A stretch of DNA of 64,000 nt from Fidelibacterota bacterium. Lineage in GTDB: Bacteria > Fidelibacterota > Marinisomatia > SCGC-AAA003-L08 > TS1B11. Within the stretch, counting starts at the first letter, position 1, and the number at the start of each line of letters is the position of its first letter. This document shows, piece after piece, positions 46,320 to 55,617 of this stretch. Below the pieces are notes generated by a model. That model was not told the origin of the DNA. It saw only the letters and a list, made by a program, of their open reading frames with translations, and did no database searches. Location of the stretch: contig CP070638.1 in assembly GCA_020354025.1 (NCBI GenBank), positions 1,130,250 to 1,194,249 of the forward strand, given 5' to 3'. The position numbers and the translations under genes were made by a program.

Positions 46320-47351
46320 ATGACTTTTGCACCGAGCAGCAGCGTTGCTGAGCCGCGGGGACGTTTCCTGCCGCTCGTGTTAATTAGCCTGGCTCTAATG
46401 GCAGGGGCCCTGGCGACCTCTGGATGCAAACCACGTTTCACCCCGGTTACAGTAGTTGAAACCCACTTCTTTCAGTCGCCGGTTGTCCTCAGCATGGGCG
46501 CAGGAAGCCCGGAAGAGCTGCAGGTGGCTGCGACACTGGCCAGCTCCGAGATTCGCCGATTAGAAAGGGTATTTAATCCATTAAATCCCGATGGGGGTCT
46601 ATATCAGCTCAACGAGACCAGAAGTATTACCGATTCGGAGCTTTACCCGATCCTGGAACGGGCTTATCAGGTCTCACAGTTGACCAACGGCGGCCTGAAC
46701 ATCTTCATGGGCTATCTGGAGCGGGCTTACGGTTTTGACAAGCGCTTCCCTCGTCCCCCGGATCGGAGTGCAGTGCGGGAGCTGTTGCTGCCCTTGCGGC
46801 GGGCAAGCATTCAGTTTGTCCCGGATGACTATCAGATGAAGATGCCCAATGATGCCTTTGCCATTTCGTTGACGGGTATCGAGGAGGCGTATACGGCTGA
46901 TCAGGCGTTGGCCCATCTGGTTTTTGCCGGGATATCGAACGCTATGGTACAGGTAGGTCCCCATGTGGCCTGCGGGGGGTCGCCCGACGGTTTGGGATGG
47001 CCAATCAGCGTCAGGGATCCAGTATCGGGAGAAACGGCAGTGCGGTTGTTTGTAGAAAACAGCGGCGTCGCCATCGCCTCCATCAACGACCAGGCCTACA
47101 CCTTCCGGGATAGCACCTACTACAATCACCTGGACCCGACCACAGGGCGTCCAGCCCGCTCACTCAGGTCGGTAACCGTCGTAGCACCTTCCTGCGAACT
47201 GGCTGGCGGCCTGGCTCGGGGCATTTTCGTCATGAATCCCGAAGATGGCTTGCGGCTGCTGAACGACCTGCCCGAGATAGATGGGATTATCCTGGATTCT
47301 GAAGGGGGGATAACCATATCGGATAGCCTGTTCATCTGGATAGGAAAATAA
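46320..47351 (+). CDS. apbE: ApbE-family FAD:protein FMN transferase (lipoprotein)
   Basis: Lipobox LATSGC. ApbE-like motifs GIEEAYTAD, ASINDQAYTF and NHLDPTTGRPA (H-x-x-DP-x-TG). Confidence 0.75.
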   Translation: MTFAPSSSVAEPRGRFLPLVLISLALMAGALATSGCKPRFTPVTVVETHFFQSPVVLSMGAGSPEELQVAATLASSEIRRLERVFNPLNPDGGLYQLNETRSITDSELYPILERAYQVSQLTNGGLNIFMGYLERAYGFDKRFPRPPDRSAVRELLLPLRRASIQFVPDDYQMKMPNDAFAISLTGIEEAYTADQALAHLVFAGISNAMVQVGPHVACGGSPDGLGWPISVRDPVSGETAVRLFVENSGVAIASINDQAYTFRDSTYYNHLDPTTGRPARSLRSVTVVAPSCELAGGLARGIFVMNPEDGLRLLNDLPEIDGIILDSEGGITISDSLFIWIGK

Positions 47352-47433
47352 GACCATGCCTATCTTTCGAGTGCAGGCGGTTCATTGCCGTATCTATCGG
47401 CGGAATACCCACAGTTGATGAGGGTGATTGAAG

Positions 47434-48576
47434 ATGGCTGGTATGGTTATTTGGATTTTACTGCTGCTGACCACCTTGGTATTTGCCTGGTGGCTGCTCA
47501 GTTGGGGCATGATCTTCCTGCGAGCCACAGGGGCATTGCTGTATCTGTCTGGGGGAATGAATCCTTTTCTGAGGTGTTTGTATTACCGGATCGAGGTACA
47601 TACCGAACACTACCCCCATGGCAAGGACGGGCTACTGCCCTACCGTGTTTATCGACCCCTAACCCGTTCAGTCGCACCAGCCCTGGTGATTTATCACGGC
47701 GCTACTCCCCACGGTGAAGAGCACCCAGACTTGGACAACCTAGCTCGGGCCCTGGCCCATATCGGGCTGATAGTCTTCATACCCCGGCTACCCCGACTAA
47801 AGGCGGTCATAATTGACGAGAGTAACTTAGACTCTATAACGACCTTCTATCGGTATATCCAAGGGCATGAGCGAATCTGCCCGGGCTATATTAGTGTGAC
47901 TGGGACCAGTTTCGCAGGCGGCATGCTACTCAAAGCCCTGCTGGAGGAGGATATGCACATGCCATCACCAAGGGCAGTATTCCTCTATGGCACCTACTGC
48001 GATCTTGAGACCACTCTCCGATTCATTCTTACCGGGTCAGTAGTTGAAGAGGGGGTGGAAGTTACCGTTGAGCCTGACCGTTGGGGCCAGGTGATCTTTT
48101 TCTATAACTACCTTGAGCATATCACCCAATCATTTAACCGGGAAACAATGCAAGAAGTGCTGGGCTACTACATCACCGACAGGATTGCTGAAGGGGATGA
48201 GGCCAGGGCTAGGCTGTCCATCAATGAACGCCGGATAGCAGACCTCATACTAACCCCAAGTAATCCCGAAAGCAACGCCCTGGCCGAAGAAGTTCTCCAG
48301 CACGCCCGCCCACTTATTGGAAAACTCTCCCCGTCCAGGTTCTACTCCCGGATTCATTTCCCATTCTGGGTTCTACACGGCCGTAGCGATACAATGGTGC
48401 CCTACACCGAAGCCCTGGCTCTGAAACGGCTCATGCCCAGCCAGGTTCGCTTGTACGTGTCCACCCGGTATGGTCATAAGAAGCCGGGCCACGAAAGCAG
48501 CTTATGGCGGTCTCTTCGGGATATGGTGGGGCTGGTTGTTTACCTGGGACGATTCCTGTACGCCGTGAAGGAATAG
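47434..48576 (+). CDS. Membrane-anchored alpha/beta-fold hydrolase
   Basis: N-terminal TM helices; a nucleophile-elbow-like VTGTSFAGG (G-x-S-x-G) region; C-terminal HGRSD...H pattern typical of the dienelactone hydrolase / prolyl oligopeptidase type. I used the ATG at 47434; the track has the TTG at 47428. Confidence 0.6.
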   Translation: MAGMVIWILLLLTTLVFAWWLLSWGMIFLRATGALLYLSGGMNPFLRCLYYRIEVHTEHYPHGKDGLLPYRVYRPLTRSVAPALVIYHGATPHGEEHPDLDNLARALAHIGLIVFIPRLPRLKAVIIDESNLDSITTFYRYIQGHERICPGYISVTGTSFAGGMLLKALLEEDMHMPSPRAVFLYGTYCDLETTLRFILTGSVVEEGVEVTVEPDRWGQVIFFYNYLEHITQSFNRETMQEVLGYYITDRIAEGDEARARLSINERRIADLILTPSNPESNALAEEVLQHARPLIGKLSPSRFYSRIHFPFWVLHGRSDTMVPYTEALALKRLMPSQVRLYVSTRYGHKKPGHESSLWRSLRDMVGLVVYLGRFLYAVKE

Positions 48577-48590
48577 CCTGCTTGACGTAC

Positions 48591-49277
48591 ATGGCTAATA
48601 CGCTGAACAGCGGCCAGACACTGCAGGTGGTGACTTTTGAGGGGGGGTATGACCGGAACTTCTGCTACCTGGTCTGGTGTCCTGATACCCGGATAGCCGC
48701 GCTGGTGGATGCCGCCATCCCCGCCGGTCCCATTCAGGCCACTATTCAGGAAAAGAAAGTGAGCCTCAAGTATGCCCTCATCACCCACACTCACGGTGAC
48801 CACCTAGCCCACTTAGAAGAGTGGTTATCGCTGGAACCGCAGCTGGAGACAGTCGGCCACCATCGGCCTGTGCGGCGTGATTTACCAAACTATCGTGGTC
48901 TGCCTGACGGTGCCGAAGTCGAGCTAGGTCGCCAGCGTATAATCCTACTAGAAACACCTGGGCATTATCCAGACTGCGTCTGCTGGTACCATGAAGAGGA
49001 CGGCCTACTCTTTTCCGGGGATACAGTCTTTACTGACCGGACGGGACGCACTCTCAGCCCCTTGAGCGATACACACCAGCTTTATCACAGCGTCTATGAC
49101 CGTATTCTGATCCTTCCACCCAAGACCTTGGTGTATCCCGGCCACAACTACGGACCGGTCTCCAGCATCACCCTGGAGGAGCTCAAGGCAAGCTCGGACT
49201 TCTTCTCATGCGCCAGCACCGCTCAGTTTGAGGAGGTTATGGCACGGTTCGAAAAGTGCCAGCAGCGTGGAGATTAG
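48591..49277 (+). CDS. MBL-fold metallo-hydrolase
   Basis: HTHGDH (H-x-H-x-D-H) motif, plus later GHYPD and GH residues. I used the ATG at 48591, just after the stop of the preceding gene. The longer track ORF overlaps the upstream gene by 73 nt. Confidence 0.8.
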   Translation: MANTLNSGQTLQVVTFEGGYDRNFCYLVWCPDTRIAALVDAAIPAGPIQATIQEKKVSLKYALITHTHGDHLAHLEEWLSLEPQLETVGHHRPVRRDLPNYRGLPDGAEVELGRQRIILLETPGHYPDCVCWYHEEDGLLFSGDTVFTDRTGRTLSPLSDTHQLYHSVYDRILILPPKTLVYPGHNYGPVSSITLEELKASSDFFSCASTAQFEEVMARFEKCQQRGD

Positions 49278-49536
49278 TCCCGCTGTCATCAAGGTGCCAA
49301 CGATCAACCGAACCACGGATACAGTTCATATCGGTCTTGCTCCCGGGCACGTAGATGTCCTATGGAATTGCTCCGCCGCCAATTTTGGACGGACCGCCCG
49401 GACAATTACCCGATCCCCAGAAGGAGCGTTTTTTCAGCTTGATGATCCATGCAAACCATCGTAATATATTGTTATTAAGAAGCATGTGGCTATAAAGCAG
49501 ATTATAAAATAGGTGATAAAGAGAGCGGAAAAATTC

Positions 49537-49577
49537 TTGACTTTCTCGACGAGAAGGTTAAAATTCTCCGTCGAGAG
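49537..49577 (+). promoter_or_regulatory. Candidate sigma-70 promoter with an overlapping inverted-repeat operator, upstream of the 75-aa gene
   Basis: TTGACT (49537-42), 16 nt, TAAAAT (49559-64). A perfect 8-bp inverted repeat, TCTCGACG (49544-51) / CGTCGAGA (49569-76), straddles the -10. There is also a local palindrome TTCTCGaCGAGAA (49543-55). Confidence 0.45.
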
Positions 49578-49630
49578 TGCCCTCAAATTGGTTTTTAATC
49601 CGAAAACCCACTAAGAAGGAGATTCCTGTT

Positions 49631-49858
49631 ATGGCAGAGAAAGTCAAAACCGTTGGTGTAAGGAAGGAGCCTGGCTTCTTATACTATCTGGGCAAGGACG
49701 GCAATGTATGGCGTTCAAAAATGGCCCGGGCCGGTCAGAAAGGCGGGGACGCCACCAAGGTAGCCGATGCCGGTGTACGGCGTGAGCCGGGCTATCTGTA
49801 TTTCATTGACAAAAGCGGTGACGTTTCACGTTCAAAGATGGCCCGCGGGCGACGTTAA
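49631..49858 (+). CDS. Small basic protein (75 aa) made of two tandem ~30-aa repeats; unknown family
   Basis: RBS AAGGAG lies 11 nt upstream of the ATG at 49631. Repeat 1 is GVRKEPGFLYYLGKDGNVWRSKMAR and repeat 2 is GVRREPGYLYFIDKSGDVSRSKMAR. A strong terminator follows. Confidence 0.65.
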   Translation: MAEKVKTVGVRKEPGFLYYLGKDGNVWRSKMARAGQKGGDATKVADAGVRREPGYLYFIDKSGDVSRSKMARGRR

Positions 49859-49883
49859 CCGACGATCTTTTTTCATCTGAGCG

Positions 49884-49922
49884 AAAAAGGTCTCACGACC
49901 AGGTGAGACCTTTTTTGTTTTT
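49884..49922 (+). terminator. Rho-independent terminator
   Basis: The stem GGTCTCAC (49889-96) pairs with GTGAGACC (49903-10), has a 6-nt loop, is flanked by AAAAA and is followed by TTTTTTGTTTTT. Confidence 0.85.
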
Positions 49923-49935
49923 CCTATTACACGCA

Positions 49936-51267
49936 ATGCATTATTCAACCGGCTACTACGCCCGCTTGTCGGTTCCAGCATGCAAGTGCCTGACCAATTG
50001 GTTGCTTATCTTCCTGCTGATCACCGCCCGGCTCCTCGCCCAGGCTGAGGGGCCACTCATTACTAGTGTGGTGGTTGAGGGCAACAGGGTGACTCGTGAG
50101 TATATCATCACCAGGGAACTGTCTCATCCACTAGATCAGCCGTTCGACTCCAGCCTGGCCCTTGATGACCGCAATCGCCTCTACAACCTGGGGATCTTCG
50201 AATGGGTAGACGTGTACCCCCGACCAACAACGTCTGGGGAAGCAGCACTGATAGTAGCGGTGGTGGAGACTTTCCGGAAGATCCCTTACCCTACTTACTA
50301 TCACCTTAAGGACCTTGGCTGGGCCTACGGCGGAGGCCTTATGGTGACCAATTTCAGGGGGCTAAACCAGAGTCTGGACGTCGGTGGTACGATAGGGGCT
50401 GAGCTATCCTACTACCTGCTGTTCACTGATCCCTGGTTTATGGGGAACCGCGTATCTTTAAGTAGTCAGGTGATGCAAATCAGCCGTAACCACCCGGAAT
50501 ACAGCTTCCGCTATAGGAAACGGAACTTCAAGGTGGGCATTGGGAAGTACTTCCTGGATAAGACGGTCTATATTGCTGGAGCAACTACTTTTGAAGACCG
50601 CAGGGTGATGTGGCCGCCGGATGATCCGCTAAAGCTGGTCTGGGGGGACCTTCGCCACCGTATATTTACCGCTAGGGGGATGCTACTGTGGCGCACCACC
50701 GATATCTGGCGTGATCCGACGACTGGATTTCAGCTCCAGCTCGATCTTGCCCCGGTATGGGGGCTGGATTCGGATTCGCCGACCTATGGGCTGGTTAAGA
50801 GCCAGGGGGCGGTGTTTGTTCCCCTGTGGAAAGGCTACCGGCCGCTGGTCTGGGGGGCAGTCCTCGCGGTTTCTCACGCCACTCAACCAACACCCATTTA
50901 CTTGACCCAGTACGTCGGTGGCCAATGGGTTCGAGGCTACAACGTAGCCCCCGAGCGGAATCCACTTGAGATTCAAGACCGCCTGAAAGGCTCAAGTATA
51001 GTTTTCACCAGCATGGAGCTGCGCCAGACCCTGTTCCCTAGGCGATTGTGGCAGCAGACGGAGGTCGGACTATCGGGGGTGCTGTTTGTCGATGCCGGGT
51101 GGGGCTATGGTCCCGGGATACCCCTCCGGCAGGCCTTACCTTTAGTGGGCTATGGCGTTGGGCTGAGGTTCTTCTTCCCCAATATCGATGCCCTGGCCCT
51201 GGATGTGGGTACCAACCCCTATGACCATATCCTGAGGTACCACCTGAACCTCACCCACAAGTTCTAG
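49936..51267 (+). CDS. Omp85/BamA-family outer membrane protein with a single POTRA-like domain
   Basis: The POTRA-like segment ITSVVVEGNRVTREYIITRELSHPLDQPFDSSLALDDRNRLYNLGIFEWVDV is followed by a beta-barrel ending ...HLNLTHKF. The start is uncertain: the track ORF start at 49903 lies inside the upstream terminator, so I used the ATG at 49936. Confidence 0.65.
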   Translation: MHYSTGYYARLSVPACKCLTNWLLIFLLITARLLAQAEGPLITSVVVEGNRVTREYIITRELSHPLDQPFDSSLALDDRNRLYNLGIFEWVDVYPRPTTSGEAALIVAVVETFRKIPYPTYYHLKDLGWAYGGGLMVTNFRGLNQSLDVGGTIGAELSYYLLFTDPWFMGNRVSLSSQVMQISRNHPEYSFRYRKRNFKVGIGKYFLDKTVYIAGATTFEDRRVMWPPDDPLKLVWGDLRHRIFTARGMLLWRTTDIWRDPTTGFQLQLDLAPVWGLDSDSPTYGLVKSQGAVFVPLWKGYRPLVWGAVLAVSHATQPTPIYLTQYVGGQWVRGYNVAPERNPLEIQDRLKGSSIVFTSMELRQTLFPRRLWQQTEVGLSGVLFVDAGWGYGPGIPLRQALPLVGYGVGLRFFFPNIDALALDVGTNPYDHILRYHLNLTHKF

Positions 51268-51392
51268 TCCTTCGATACCCGCGCCGACAACCACCGGATA
51301 TTCAGATCTGCCGCGAAGTATCGGGACAACCTTTTGCTAGTTGGTACGGTCATACATATAATAAAATAAGCGAAAATAATACCTGGTATGGA

Positions 51393-53618
51393 ATGTGGAG
51401 GGTGAGTCAAAAGACAAACATCCTGGCGGGATTTTTTATCCTGGTGGGTTTTGCTTACGCAGAGGTGCGGATCGTGCCCATCAGGACCGACACGCCACCG
51501 GTTCTTGACGGCCGCCTTGACGATGATGTATGGCAGCAGGCACCTGGCTATGAGGACTTCGAGACCTTTCAACCCGACTACGGCAAACCTCTGAGCGAGC
51601 GGACAATCGCCTGGGTGGCCTATGATCGGGGAAATCTGTATTTTGCTTTCAAGTGTTACGATTCACGACCAGATTTGATTAAGTCCACCGTCACCAAATG
51701 GGACAACGTGTTCCCCGAAGACTGGGTGGGAGTAGCCCTGGACGCTCTTAATGACCAGCAAAGCGCCTACGTCTTCGCGGTCAATGCCCACGGCTCCCAG
51801 GGGGATCTCCTGACAGATAGCAATGGTAACGGGAACGGCTCGGAGGATTATATCTGGGACGCTGCCGGGATGCTGGATTCCGACGGCTTTTCGGTGGAGA
51901 TACAGGTCCCCTTACAGAGTATTAGATTTAATATGGACCGGGAAGTGGCAATGGGCATTGCTTTTGTCCGGCGCATCAGCCGCAGTTCCGAGCAGGCTGC
52001 TTATCCATCCTTCCAGCCGGAAGAGGGTGCCATGACCACCCAATTGGGGAAGGTGGTTTTCCACGACTTGCAGTACAGGCGGACCTACGAAATCCTGCCC
52101 TCGTTCACCCAGTCGGAAAACAGTGGCGCCGAGGAGGGCAAACTGCAGTGTATTGATGAGGACTCCGGATCCGATCCGGGTCTTACGGCCAAAGTAGGGC
52201 TCACACCGACCTTGACGGTGGATCTGACCGTAAATCCCGACTTCAGCCAGATCGAGTCCGATGCCAGCCAGGTAGACGTGAACCTGCGCTACCCCAACTT
52301 CTATCCCGAGAAACGCCCTTTCTTCCTGGAAGGCATCAAGAGTTTCGATATGGCGGGTATCGGAAGTTTCGGCGCCATCTCACAAGTGGTACACACGCGC
52401 ACCATCGCCGACCCCAGCTTCGGCTTGAAGCTTTCCGGTAAGCTGGGTCGTGCCAACTCCCTGGCGGCCATTCTCGCCCGGGACGAATCACCCATCTATG
52501 AGGAAGACGGCGATCAGCCAGCAAACTTCGGCATCCTACGGTACAAACGACTGCTGAAGGATGAGAGCTACCTCGGCGGGATTGTAACCATCCGGGAACA
52601 TGACAGCGACTACAACCGGGTGGCGGGTGTGGACGGCCTCTGGCGGTTGACCGGGACGATGAGGATCGAAGGCAATGTTTTCTACGCGCGAAACAAAGAT
52701 CCAGAAAGCGGCGAGGTTACCGAGGCCCACAATGCCGACCTGTCATGGTCCTATGACAACCGGAACTACACCGTGCTGGCAGGAATCCATGACATCAGCA
52801 AGGACTTCAGGCTTGATACTGGCTATATCCCCCGTGATGGCACCAAGACCGTGAACTTCCTGGGCCTGCGGACTTTCTACTACGAATCCAAGCTCCTGCA
52901 GAGAATAACCGTGGGATACTGGGGCTATATGCAGCGGGATAAGTACTTCGATATGAACGACGGCCTTCAAAATATCAACGTTTGGATCGGTATGGTCCGG
53001 TCCATTCAGTGTGAATGGAATTATACTTTCGGATCGGAAGTATACGAGGGTAAATCATTTGACCGCAGCGGATTCAAGATTAGAATGAATGGGCAAGTTC
53101 TGAAACCGTTGTATATCTCCATCGGGCTGGGAAATGAAGGCAGTCCCTACTACGATGATCCCGATGATCCTATCCAGGGGGATGCCGCCTCTTGGTGGGC
53201 TTTCTTCAATTTCCAGCCCACTGAGAATTTCAGTACAGAGTTCAATACGATTCGCACAGATTTCACCAGCCGCGATGGCCGCCTGCAGCTCTATGATTAT
53301 CAGATCTATCGCAGCAAGACCACCTACCAGTTGAATAAATACCTGTTTATCAGGGGCATCCTGGATTACACCTACGTGCAGTTTCCTGACTATGGAATCA
53401 AGTATCCCGAGGAAGGGGATGATGATTCAAAGGGCCTGACAGCCGAATTCCTAGTCGGCTTCACCTATTTCCCCGGAACGGTGATCTACATAGGGTATGG
53501 TTCCCGGCTGGAAAACCTGGAGTACGATACTACCGAGCTGGATTACCTGCCAACAAAAAGTCTGACAGAGATGAAGCGGGGGCTGTTTTTCAAGGCCTCC
53601 TACAACTGGCGGCTTTAG
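51393..53618 (+). CDS. DUF5916 / CBM9-like domain protein (predicted outer-membrane associated)
   Basis: Signal peptide. The N-terminal DGRLDDDVWQQAPGYEDF motif is typical of CBM9-like/DUF5916 proteins. The long beta-rich C-terminus ends ...FKASYNWRL. Confidence 0.5.
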   Translation: MWRVSQKTNILAGFFILVGFAYAEVRIVPIRTDTPPVLDGRLDDDVWQQAPGYEDFETFQPDYGKPLSERTIAWVAYDRGNLYFAFKCYDSRPDLIKSTVTKWDNVFPEDWVGVALDALNDQQSAYVFAVNAHGSQGDLLTDSNGNGNGSEDYIWDAAGMLDSDGFSVEIQVPLQSIRFNMDREVAMGIAFVRRISRSSEQAAYPSFQPEEGAMTTQLGKVVFHDLQYRRTYEILPSFTQSENSGAEEGKLQCIDEDSGSDPGLTAKVGLTPTLTVDLTVNPDFSQIESDASQVDVNLRYPNFYPEKRPFFLEGIKSFDMAGIGSFGAISQVVHTRTIADPSFGLKLSGKLGRANSLAAILARDESPIYEEDGDQPANFGILRYKRLLKDESYLGGIVTIREHDSDYNRVAGVDGLWRLTGTMRIEGNVFYARNKDPESGEVTEAHNADLSWSYDNRNYTVLAGIHDISKDFRLDTGYIPRDGTKTVNFLGLRTFYYESKLLQRITVGYWGYMQRDKYFDMNDGLQNINVWIGMVRSIQCEWNYTFGSEVYEGKSFDRSGFKIRMNGQVLKPLYISIGLGNEGSPYYDDPDDPIQGDAASWWAFFNFQPTENFSTEFNTIRTDFTSRDGRLQLYDYQIYRSKTTYQLNKYLFIRGILDYTYVQFPDYGIKYPEEGDDDSKGLTAEFLVGFTYFPGTVIYIGYGSRLENLEYDTTELDYLPTKSLTEMKRGLFFKASYNWRL

Positions 53619-53670
53619 GCACCGGACACCGGATTGAGTATTAACTAAAACTCAACGGACAGGAAAAATA

Positions 53671-53709
53671 AAGGGGGCAGGGACCGATGAACCTTGCACC
53701 CCTTTTTTC
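53671..53709 (+). terminator. Probable terminator after the DUF5916 gene
   Basis: AAGGGGGCAGGG ... CCTTGCACCCC forms an imperfect hairpin followed by TTTTTTCTTCT. Confidence 0.45.
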
Positions 53710-53864
53710 TTCTGTCTAAATTTTACAAAAAGGGTCGGCGCAGCTGAGAACGGCCTGACCAGTAGGTCCGGCATGATTCGCATGATTCAGGTCCGAGACT
53801 ATGAGCAGCAGTTGCGAGATAGCATGTCTACAGGCTTAGGATACAAACTATAGGGAAAGGTACT

Positions 53865-54680
53865 ATGCCAGACGGGGCCTTCAGTATCGAAGCATTTTCA
53901 CAGCACTCCTTTTACAAAGATGTTATAAACCGTCTGGTAATCCTCACCGATCTCAAGCCGGGCCAGCGGGTGATGGATCTTGGCGCGGGTACGGGTGCAG
54001 TCACTCGGCTGCTAGTAGAGAAGGTGGCCGGACAGGCCGGCTCGGAAGTAATTGCCGTGGAACCTTCCGCCTCTGCCTTGGATATCGCCCGCCGAAACCT
54101 GGAGGGTGTCGGGGACGCGGTAGTGCGCTTTGTACAATCAAAAGCGGAGCAGTTATCGGACATTGTGCGCAAACCCTTGGATGCAGTATTATTTTGTAAC
54201 GCCATCCACCTAGTAAAGGAAAAAGCCAGGGTAGTGGAGGAAGTATGCAGGTCCCTCCGACAGGGCGGTGTTTTTTCATTCAATACCACCTTTTTTGAAG
54301 GGGCCGAACCACCCGAGTCCCAACAATTCTACAAGCGGTGGATGCTCAGGGCACTGCGGCTGCTGAAAAGCCGATACGACCTGAGTCCCACCAGGGAAAA
54401 GGTAGAAGCCCGCCACCGTTTGTCAGAGGCACAATATGACCAGTTGATGCTGGAACACGGCTTCGTGGTAAAATCCAAGGAAATGCTCAAAGTGGAGATG
54501 TCTTTGCAGAGCTTTGAGGACATCAGCGGATACGAGCTCTGGATCAGGGGAGTGCTCCCCGGAATACCCCTGGACGTCGGCGCTGAGGTCCTCAAAGATG
54601 CAGTTGACGATGCCTTTGAGGATCTACAACTCAGCTCCTCACCCCGCAACTGGTTGCTTATGGTAGCCAGCAAAGTCTAG
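53865..54680 (+). CDS. Class I SAM-dependent methyltransferase
   Basis: Motif I VMDLGAGTGAVT; post-I acidic residue; 271 aa. Confidence 0.8.
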   Translation: MPDGAFSIEAFSQHSFYKDVINRLVILTDLKPGQRVMDLGAGTGAVTRLLVEKVAGQAGSEVIAVEPSASALDIARRNLEGVGDAVVRFVQSKAEQLSDIVRKPLDAVLFCNAIHLVKEKARVVEEVCRSLRQGGVFSFNTTFFEGAEPPESQQFYKRWMLRALRLLKSRYDLSPTREKVEARHRLSEAQYDQLMLEHGFVVKSKEMLKVEMSLQSFEDISGYELWIRGVLPGIPLDVGAEVLKDAVDDAFEDLQLSSSPRNWLLMVASKV

Positions 54681-54940
54681 TGCAGCCGATCACCGTCCCT
54701 CATCTCATATAGCTTCAACACAACGAAAAGATGGCTTACACCGCAATCCTGTAATGTGCGTCACCAGGTTAGTCAGATGAATCCCCCAGGGGAAAAGAAG
54801 TCCAGACAGTGCAAGTATCACAGCAAAAGCTAAAGAATCACTTGTTGGACAATGCCAGTCGGTTCCAAAATATCGAGGACAAGGACTATCGTCTGCTGAA
54901 TGCTTGATTGGATGGATCGTATGTGAGGACCATAGAGATG

Positions 54941-55459
54941 TTTAAGTTGGAACATGATATTGTTATCGAAGAAAGCCCGTCGGTTGTTTGGACGTTCCTT
55001 GCCAACCTTCCAATAAGCTTAACGTGTCGTCGGATGAAGTATCAGTTCCAATGGATAGGTACTCCCAAGCCTGAACTAGGCGGACGGTACTCCTTGGAAT
55101 TGAATCTGCCGGGGATCATCCTTCAGCGTGAAGGGAGGATCACCCGATGGGATCCGCCCAATAATCTGGCTATCGCCCAGTGGAATCCGCGTCATCCTCA
55201 CCGCGGTTTTACTTGTCAGCAGCGACTGAGTGTCGATCCGATCGAGGGACGTCCTAGTACATCCGTCCTGCGGTCATACATCGTGGGTAACCTGCGACCC
55301 AAGTATGTGGAAGTACTTTTCAAGGAGATCGTTCGCCGTAGCATGCTCGATAACCTGAAGTCTCTCAAGCTCGCTATCGAGTCAACCGACAGGAGTGGCC
55401 GTACCCGACGAGATCCGGCCCGGCACCTGGCGGAAATGCCTGCAGCCGGTACGGGTTGA
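54941..55459 (+). CDS. SRPBCC (START/polyketide-cyclase-like) superfamily protein
   Basis: Its size and the N-terminus MFKLEHDIVIEESPSVVWTFLANL resemble SRPBCC-fold proteins. This is a weak call. I used the ATG at 54941; the track has the TTG at 54908. Confidence 0.4.
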   Translation, partial: FKLEHDIVIEESPSVVWTFLANLPISLTCRRMKYQFQWIGTPKPELGGRYSLELNLPGIILQREGRITRWDPPNNLAIAQWNPRHPHRGFTCQQRLSVDPIEGRPSTSVLRSYIVGNLRPKYVEVLFKEIVRRSMLDNLKSLKLAIESTDRSGRTRRDPARHLAEMPAAGTG

Positions 55460-55617
55460 CCAGAAGGCGTCTTTCGTGGAAACCTCCTTTTTTAAAGGCT
55501 CTCCCGGCACCAGTTCCGTTGATCCAATCACAATCAGGAAATCAGGCTGAATCCGATGCAGCAGTGGTGTAAATTGTCATTATAAAATCCGTCTGATACA
55601 TCCAAGTTGCTAATATC

